This document shows, piece after piece, positions 57,654-64,000 of a stretch of DNA of 64,000 nt. Below the pieces are notes generated by a model. That model was not told the DNA's origin and made no database searches. It was given only the letters and a program-made list of their open reading frames with translations. Each line of letters starts with the position of its first letter. The stretch's first letter is position 1. The position numbers and the translations under genes were made by a program. The stretch is from Poseidonia sp. (lineage in GTDB: Archaea; Thermoplasmatota; Poseidoniia; Poseidoniales; Poseidoniaceae): NCBI GenBank assembly GCA_965661285.1, contig CBFIDD010000006.1:61887-125886 (forward strand), read 5' to 3'.

Positions 57654-58838
57654 ATGGCCCACCAAGGTGATTGCTTCCTTGTCCCCGGACCGGTTCGGAT
57701 GAGTGAGGCGTGTTTGCAAGCCATGGCAACCCCCGTCATGACCGCCCGTGGTGCTGAATTTCGACAGGTGATGGCCAAACTGAACTCGGGCCTGCGCTAC
57801 GCCTTCAACCTCAGCCCGTCCCCACCGGAGATGAAATCTGAATCGTGGACCGGTGAAGACGGCTACAAGGTCGTGGTGGTTTCTGGAAGCGGCACGGCCG
57901 CCATGGAGATGGTGATCGCCAATCGGTTCCGGAACAACGACCTCGTGCTCGTTCCAACCAACGGGAAATTCGGGGAGCGTGTCGCCGACATCTGCCGTCA
58001 ATTCTGCAACGTCAAGCAGCTCAAGTACGAATGGGGACGCTCCTTTGACCTGTACGAACTCGAACAACAACTTGAGCGAGGGTGCTACGAGGCGCTGCTC
58101 ATCTGCCACAACGAAACCAGCAGCGGCATCACCCAAGATGCGGAAGCGATTGCGGAGATGTGCGAGCGACACAACGTCTCGTTCATTCTCGACGGCATCA
58201 CCTCGGTGGGTGGCATGCCCGTCCACCCTGCCAAGTGGAAAGCAGAAGCCGTGGTCATGGGCGCTCAGAAGTGCACGGCGGGCCCCTCAGGCATCGCCGC
58301 CATCGCCATCAACGAACACGGCGTTGAGCGCATCAAGGCCATTCACCAGCAGGGCGACGCCAATCCACGCTACTACCTCGACATGATTTCAGCGCTCAAG
58401 AAAGGCGACGACGACCAAACGCCCTGGACGCCTGCCATCAACCTGGCCATGGGCTGGGGAGAGGCGTTGGCCACCCTCAAAGAAGAGACCAATGAAGCGC
58501 GTTGGGCCCGATGCGAAACCATGGCAAAAGGCGTGCGAGCACTGTTTTCCGACCTCGGATTTGCCTTGCTCGCCGATGACGGTCAACGCAGCAATTCGGT
58601 CACGGCGATTCTCTATCCCGAAGGCATTGACGATGCGTGGCGAACGGCCCTCAAAGACAAGTACGACACCCAAGTGATTGGCGCACAGGACCACCTCAAG
58701 GGGAAGATGTTTCGCGTGGGCTCCATGGGAGAAACCCCAGTCGCGGAGATGGTCGAGGGGTGCAAACGCATGCTGGCCTGCTTCCGAGACTTCGGCCTTG
58801 AACTCAAAGAGGTCAATGTAGAGTCCTATTTCAACTGA
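57654..58838 (+). CDS. Class V aminotransferase (alanine--glyoxylate/serine--pyruvate type)
   Basis: LVPGPV, SGSGTAAME, NGKFGER, HNETSSG, DGITS, GAQKC, QTPWTPA, FRVGSMG. Confidence 0.92.
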   Translation: MAHQGDCFLVPGPVRMSEACLQAMATPVMTARGAEFRQVMAKLNSGLRYAFNLSPSPPEMKSESWTGEDGYKVVVVSGSGTAAMEMVIANRFRNNDLVLVPTNGKFGERVADICRQFCNVKQLKYEWGRSFDLYELEQQLERGCYEALLICHNETSSGITQDAEAIAEMCERHNVSFILDGITSVGGMPVHPAKWKAEAVVMGAQKCTAGPSGIAAIAINEHGVERIKAIHQQGDANPRYYLDMISALKKGDDDQTPWTPAINLAMGWGEALATLKEETNEARWARCETMAKGVRALFSDLGFALLADDGQRSNSVTAILYPEGIDDAWRTALKDKYDTQVIGAQDHLKGKMFRVGSMGETPVAEMVEGCKRMLACFRDFGLELKEVNVESYFN

Positions 58839-58847
58839 GGCGAAGCC

Positions 58848-59396
58848 ATGACCCGGTGCATCGTTTTGGGACGGTTTCAACCCTTCCACTTAGGTCACGC
58901 GGGTTTGGTCAAGGCGGCTGTTGAGCATGCTGGCGGCGGAGTCGTCGTGGTCGCCATCGGTTCGGCGCAAGCGGGCTGGGAAGCCAACAACCCGTGGACG
59001 GCAGATGAACGCCAAGCCATGATAGCGGCCTGGGCGGAGAACGAAGGCCTCGAGATTGAAGTGGTTCAAATCGAGGACATCGACGACCCGCCAAACTGGG
59101 TGGAACACGCCACGCAGACACACGGGACGGGCACCCTCGTGACGTCGGACGGGCCCACCGTGGAATTGTACCGAGCTGCCGGATGGGACGTCCATGAAGT
59201 GGCGCTGAGTGAGCGAGAAACGCTGGAGGGGTGGCGTGTTCGTCAAACCGTGCGCATGCTCTCAACCGTCATGGACGATGAAGCCAGTCGGACGGTCTTG
59301 GCCGCCAGCGTCCCCGCTCCAGTCATAGAATGGCTGATTGAAAACGACGCCATGTTTCGATGTTCAACCTTTGAAACCGGCGTCCATGCCGGATGA
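58848..59396 (+). CDS. nadM: Nicotinamide-nucleotide adenylyltransferase (archaeal NadM type)
   Basis: GRFQPFHLGH, IGSAQ, NPWTADER. Confidence 0.85.
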   Translation: MTRCIVLGRFQPFHLGHAGLVKAAVEHAGGGVVVVAIGSAQAGWEANNPWTADERQAMIAAWAENEGLEIEVVQIEDIDDPPNWVEHATQTHGTGTLVTSDGPTVELYRAAGWDVHEVALSERETLEGWRVRQTVRMLSTVMDDEASRTVLAASVPAPVIEWLIENDAMFRCSTFETGVHAG

Positions 59397-59399
59397 GGC

Positions 59400-59993
59400 T
59401 CACGCTGAGGCGACGACCACACGAGCGACGAGGAGAACCTTGGACTTGTACATGTAGCCCTGCTCAAGCACGTCAACGACGGTGCCGTTGGGGAAGTTGT
59501 CGTTTGGGGGGATCGTGGTGATCGCTTCCATTTTCGACGGGTCAAACACCGCACCCTTGGCCTCGATTTGAGAAACACCATCGGCTTGGAGTTCGTGCCA
59601 CATCTTGTTGCGCAGCAAGCGAAGCCCCTGCGCCACGGGCGATTGGTCGTCGTCCTCAATACCCGTCATGGCTCGGTCAACATCACCGAGAATGGTCAGC
59701 ATACGACGGGCAAGACCCATGCCGCCGTACTGAATGAGGTCGGCTTTTTCACCCATCAATCGCTTGCGAACGTTCTGAATCTCCGCTTCCTTGTAGGCGA
59801 TTTCCTTCTCGGCGAACTCAGCACGCTCAAGGGCGACTTCGAGCGGGTCCCGCTCTTCTTCCGCTTCCTCTTCAAGCGCTTCGCTTCCTTCCTCGGTCGG
59901 CGCCTCATCGGAGGCCAACTCCTCAACAGGAATCTCCTCATCAGGAGTGGCATCGTCAACAGGCGCTTTGTCAGGCGTCTCGTCGGACATCAT
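59400..59993 (-). CDS. grpE: Nucleotide exchange factor GrpE
   Basis: AEIQNVRKR, FDPSKMEAI, GYMYKSKVLLVARVVV; acidic N-terminus. Confidence 0.92.
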   Translation of the reverse strand: MMSDETPDKAPVDDATPDEEIPVEELASDEAPTEEGSEALEEEAEEERDPLEVALERAEFAEKEIAYKEAEIQNVRKRLMGEKADLIQYGGMGLARRMLTILGDVDRAMTGIEDDDQSPVAQGLRLLRNKMWHELQADGVSQIEAKGAVFDPSKMEAITTIPPNDNFPNGTVVDVLEQGYMYKSKVLLVARVVVASA

Positions 59994-60029
59994 GCTTGGG
60001 GCGTGCAAGGTGGATTTTGAACCCAACGC

Positions 60030-60626
60030 TCATCGTGTTTGAAGAAAGGTGGAAAGATTCCAGTCCCCATGACCCCACTTCGCCGCCTCGAGGTGCTCGC
60101 GGCCGATGACCAGCACGAGGTCATCTTCGTTGACGGCACGGTTCACCGTGTGAACAAGGGCTTTGGATGCTCGAGTGTGGGCCTCAAAGGTTGGGACGAT
60201 CTTCGGATCTTCTGACTCTTCGAGTGTCTCGCCAAGCGCTTTGCGCCGGTCCATCCAATCCATCACGACCCGTTCTGCAAACTCATCCTCTGACAGGCCG
60301 TCCAGGCGTTGAACCACCGTCGTCCACGTCGTTTCGGTGTAGAGTTCATGAATGTCGTCCGCTTCTGCACCGGTGGCGTTCTCGATGTAGAGGAAGGCCC
60401 GACCTTCCCAAACTTCCCAACGCCCCGGGCTGGCCCACTGCATCAAACTCAGCAGGCCGTCTTCACCACCCTCCAGGTTGGCGAGAGCGGTGCCTGCGTG
60501 GGCTTCAGCGCTCACCGTTTGTTCGTCCATCCAATCCAACAATTCGGCCTCAGCGTCAATGGCGAATTGGGTCTTGAGCGTCGTATCCTGAACGGGCCGG
60601 ATGTCTCGGAGTGTCGCCTGTTCCAT
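60030..60626 (-). CDS. Hypothetical acidic protein (198 aa)
   Basis: 3' part of the 536-aa track ORF, from ATG 60626 (MEQATLRDI); the upstream part is antisense to drg. Confidence 0.7.
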   Translation of the reverse strand: MEQATLRDIRPVQDTTLKTQFAIDAEAELLDWMDEQTVSAEAHAGTALANLEGGEDGLLSLMQWASPGRWEVWEGRAFLYIENATGAEADDIHELYTETTWTTVVQRLDGLSEDEFAERVVMDWMDRRKALGETLEESEDPKIVPTFEAHTRASKALVHTVNRAVNEDDLVLVIGREHLEAAKWGHGDWNLSTFLQTR

Positions 60627-60839
60627 GCTTGATTTGAGTTCCCCCCACGACAGCGTGAGCAGGTGGAAAAGGGTGGGTTTGTGGACCAAGAGCCCAATCA
60701 TCTCCAACCCCATAACGAAGCGCATTTGTCCGTCCCGTTTGAGGGCATCGCCGCACCCACCAAACAAGGGGACGATGCGGCGTGGGGCGTAAGAGCCTTC
60801 AAGAACAGCCAACCAAGCCCCGATACGGGAGGGTTCGGC

Positions 60840-61955
60840 GTGGCGACGATCAAAGAGCAAATCGAAATGATTCGCGCTGAGATCGACAAGACCCAAAAGA
60901 ACAAGGCCACCAACGCCCACATTGGGAAGTTGAAGGCCAAAATCGCCCAACTCAAAATCAAGGAGGAAAAGACAGCGGCCCACTCCAAAGCCAGCGGTGG
61001 AGGCAAAGGGTTTGAAGTCCGGAAATCCGGTGATGCAACCGTTGCCCTCGTCGGTTTTCCCTCGGTGGGAAAATCCACCCTCATCTCCAAAGTGACCGAC
61101 GCTCACTCCGAAGCCGGAGGGTATGCGTTTACCACCCTCACCTGTATTCCCGGTGTCATGGAACATCGGGGTGCAAAAATCCAGATTCTTGACCTGCCCG
61201 GGCTCATCAAAGGTGCTGCCGAAGGCAAGGGCCGAGGGCGCGAGATCCTCAACGTGATTCGCAGCGCTGACATGGTGCTCTACATCGTTGACCCGTTCCA
61301 AGACGGCCACTTCAACGTCCTTCACCGAGAATTGCACAACGCGGGCTTGCGACTCAACGAAACCAAACCCCCGGTGTTCATCAAACGAACCGACCGAGGC
61401 GGTATTGAAGTCCGAAGCACGGTGGAACAGACCCACCTCACCCATGAGGAAATGGCCGACATCATTCGCTCCTTTGGCTACACCTCTGCCTTGGTCACCC
61501 TGCGTGAGAATTCCACCGCCGAGCAAATCGTTGATGCGCTGGCAGGCAACCGTGTCTACGAAAAGGCGGTCATCGCCATCAACAAAATTGACATCGCCAC
61601 CGAGCACGACATCGCCCGCGCACGCTCGGCTCTTCCTCAACAGTGGCCCATCATGAACATCTCAGCGTTCAAGGACATCGGGCTTGATGAACTCAAGGAT
61701 TTCATCTACGACAACCTTGGCTTCATGCGAGTCTTCCTCAAACCGCAGGGCCAAGAAGCCGACATGGAGGAGCCGCTGATCGTCAAAGACGATTCCACCG
61801 TGGAGAACATCTGCGTGAAGTTGCACCGTGATTTCGTGAGAAAATTCCGCTTTGCCCGGATTCGTGGGCCAAGTGCCAAGTTTGACGACCAGCGCGTGGG
61901 GCTCGACCACAAGCTGATGGACGGCGACGTGTTGACCATCGTCGTCAAGCGCTGA
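60840..61955 (+). CDS. drg: DRG/RBG1-family GTP-binding protein (OBG superfamily, TGS domain)
   Basis: TQKNKATNAH.GKLKAKIA, GFPSVGKST, YAFTTLTCIPG, DLPG, NKID, QRVGLDH; start GTG 60840. Confidence 0.95.
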   Translation: MATIKEQIEMIRAEIDKTQKNKATNAHIGKLKAKIAQLKIKEEKTAAHSKASGGGKGFEVRKSGDATVALVGFPSVGKSTLISKVTDAHSEAGGYAFTTLTCIPGVMEHRGAKIQILDLPGLIKGAAEGKGRGREILNVIRSADMVLYIVDPFQDGHFNVLHRELHNAGLRLNETKPPVFIKRTDRGGIEVRSTVEQTHLTHEEMADIIRSFGYTSALVTLRENSTAEQIVDALAGNRVYEKAVIAINKIDIATEHDIARARSALPQQWPIMNISAFKDIGLDELKDFIYDNLGFMRVFLKPQGQEADMEEPLIVKDDSTVENICVKLHRDFVRKFRFARIRGPSAKFDDQRVGLDHKLMDGDVLTIVVKR

Positions 61956-61962
61956 GAGCGTC

Positions 61963-62673
61963 TCAAGCACTCGTCACGTCAAAGAGCAGAAGGTAGCCGT
62001 CCGACGTCGCCGTGATGTCCAATGTTTCCGGACCGACAAGGTACATGCCATCGCCTTCCTCGAGGGTCTGCTCGCCAACCGTCACGCTGCCTTTGGGCAT
62101 GTGGAGGTAGCCGAGACGGTCTTCTTCGAGGGTGTAGCGCGTGGCGACCCCGTGCTTGATCTCGCCGCCGAGCATGTGAGCGTCTTGATGCAGAGCAATA
62201 CCGCCCTCGGTACCGCGTGGGCTGGCGAGGACGGGAAGGGGCTGACCGTCGTTCACCACAGGGTTCAGCGCCAATTGTTCGTAGGAAGGGGCGAGTCCTC
62301 GCTGGTCGGGGACGACCCAAATTTGCAGGAACTCGGTGGTCTGGTCGGCGTAGTGGTTCATCTCGCTGTGGGTGACGCCCGTTCCAGCGGTCATGCGTTG
62401 AATTTCACCGGGGCGAATCACAGCGATGTTTCCTTCGCTGTCCTCATGTTCAAGGCCACCGCGCAAGACGATGGAAACGATGTCCATGTCCCGGTGCCCG
62501 TGGGTCGGGAAACCAGATCCACCGGTGATGATGTCCTGATTTAACACGCGGAGCGGCCCGATGCCCATGTGTTCCGGATTGTACCAACGGGCAAACGAAA
62601 AGGAGTGGCGCGTGTCCAACCAACCGTGGTTGGCCTTTCCTCGCGCATCGGACTTGTGAATTTGGACGGGCAT
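61963..62673 (-). CDS. Pirin family protein (YhhW-like)
   Basis: HGWLDTRHSFSF, GFPTHGHRDM, HEDSEGN, MTAGTGVTHSE.N, LQIW. Confidence 0.93.
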   Translation of the reverse strand: MPVQIHKSDARGKANHGWLDTRHSFSFARWYNPEHMGIGPLRVLNQDIITGGSGFPTHGHRDMDIVSIVLRGGLEHEDSEGNIAVIRPGEIQRMTAGTGVTHSEMNHYADQTTEFLQIWVVPDQRGLAPSYEQLALNPVVNDGQPLPVLASPRGTEGGIALHQDAHMLGGEIKHGVATRYTLEEDRLGYLHMPKGSVTVGEQTLEEGDGMYLVGPETLDITATSDGYLLLFDVTSA

Positions 62674-62812
62674 GGATTTGCTTTTGGCTGAGTGATAATT
62701 AAACGCCTGCATTTTGATACTGATTGAATTCTGCACGTTCCGGATAAAATGGAATTCGACTCACAACTTCTATGAAGAAATTTTGATATTCTCACTTTGA
62801 TTGTGTCTATCC

Positions 62813-64000
62813 ATGAAGCGAAACTCCTCCGCTCTCTTCCTTTGCCTGCTGATGGTTGCAAGTTCCCTTGCTGGATGCATGGGTACTGATGATTCAGCAG
62901 TTGCAGAATTGGAGAATGACATCACGATGAAAGATGAAAAAATTGCAGAACTCGAAGCCGAAGTTGCAACATTAACGACCCAGAACCAAGATGCAGTTGC
63001 TGAATTGGCCGCAGTGCAGTCAACGTTGCAGACCACACAAACGAGTTTGGATTCTGCTAAAGTGAATGCAACCATGCACCAAGCAGAAATTTCTCATCTT
63101 GAAGCAGAGCGAGACATGGCTCAAGCCGAAATCAGCATGCTCTATGAATTGATGAGCAACATGAGCGATCAATCGAACGAAACGTTCGAGAGCATGAATT
63201 TGTATATTGCAGAACTCAATCAACACATGAGTAACCTTTCGTCGATGTTGAATGAGTTGTATGACCGACACCAAGAGAATGCGACGCTGGTGAGCCAACT
63301 CACTGCAGAACGAGACAACCTCCAAGTCGCCTTAGAGGAGGCCAACAATACGATTGCTGTCTATTTACAGGATGCAGCAGATGCCGTAGCTTCGGCTGAA
63401 TTGCAAGACCATGTTGATGGGATCATTGGGGCGACTGCACTCGATCCCAAAACAAACGGAGACCCTCAAGTTTCAATTACGAACAACGGGCTCAGCACAC
63501 AATTCACCTACACGAGCAACATCAGTGAACAGCACACTATCTATATTGAGTTCTGTAATACCACATTTGGCTGGTTGGGTGTAGAGGCGTTTGACTTTGC
63601 CACAGGTGAGGATTGGTCTCTCAAAAATGGGGGTCAGCACCGCGATACTAATCATAATTCGGCCTACCGTTATGCTTACATTGACGAGTATGGTTTTAAT
63701 TCCTACTCATGTGTGATTCTTCAAACACCTGTGTCATCGAACCAATTTAACGCTACTCTGACATACCCAAATTTGGATCTGTTCAACAATTCAATAGCTA
63801 CGAATCGTGAATTATACATCTCGGTCTGTAGGGTTAATGATTGTCGGTTCAATGATGACTGGACTACGCCTTATGAGAATACTTGGTCCACAGGGGAACT
63901 CCTACCTCACTACTTTACTATGGGTGATGTGATTCCAGTGAAAATCAACGGGGAATTACCGTGCACGCTTGGATTCATAACGGATGCAGGAGGTTCGTGC
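62813..64000 (+). CDS. Lipoprotein with long coiled coil and Cys-containing C-terminal domain (runs off window)
   Basis: Not in track. ATG 62813: MKRNSSALFLCLLMVASSLAGCMGTDDSAVAELENDITMKDEKIAELEAEV...; lipobox LAGC; heptad-rich segment; open to the window end. Confidence 0.8.
   Translation, partial: MKRNSSALFLCLLMVASSLAGCMGTDDSAVAELENDITMKDEKIAELEAEVATLTTQNQDAVAELAAVQSTLQTTQTSLDSAKVNATMHQAEISHLEAERDMAQAEISMLYELMSNMSDQSNETFESMNLYIAELNQHMSNLSSMLNELYDRHQENATLVSQLTAERDNLQVALEEANNTIAVYLQDAADAVASAELQDHVDGIIGATALDPKTNGDPQVSITNNGLSTQFTYTSNISEQHTIYIEFCNTTFGWLGVEAFDFATGEDWSLKNGGQHRDTNHNSAYRYAYIDEYGFNSYSCVILQTPVSSNQFNATLTYPNLDLFNNSIATNRELYISVCRVNDCRFNDDWTTPYENTWSTGELLPHYFTMGDVIPVKINGELPCTLGFITDAGGSC

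Overview
Archaeal chromosomal window. It is most consistent with Marine Group II Euryarchaeota (Ca. Poseidoniales), inferred from archaeal AglB, split GuaA and GcvP, ThiR, a DRG GTPase, a PGF-CTERM protein and acidic secreted proteins. It holds about 40 protein genes and three tRNAs: Ile2/Met-CAT, Asn-GTT and Val-CAC. Housekeeping content includes purD, purE, guaA(B), gcvT/PA/PB, ThiR-thiBPQ, pdxT, nadM, grpE, drg and pirin. Three things stand out. (1) A tightly packed operon encodes a multi-OB-fold membrane protein, an orphan TctA-like permease and a membrane-anchored 6x lamin-tail/PLD (2x HKD) enzyme. It is flanked by a SAMHD1-like HD hydrolase and a bacterial-type thymidine phosphorylase, making it a candidate ComEC-independent DNA uptake/scavenging system. 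(2) An AT-rich two-gene island lies downstream of tRNA-Val. It encodes an unknown 635-aa protein coupled to a 2130-aa NACHT/STAND NTPase + SF1 helicase fusion (candidate antiviral system), preceded by a 95-bp tandem array built from the tRNA 3' end. (3) A giant (>3100 aa) AglB/STT3 oligosaccharyltransferase, missed by the ORF track, has an extra N-terminal membrane domain and a very long extracellular tail. All calls come from motif reading by eye; no database searches were run.
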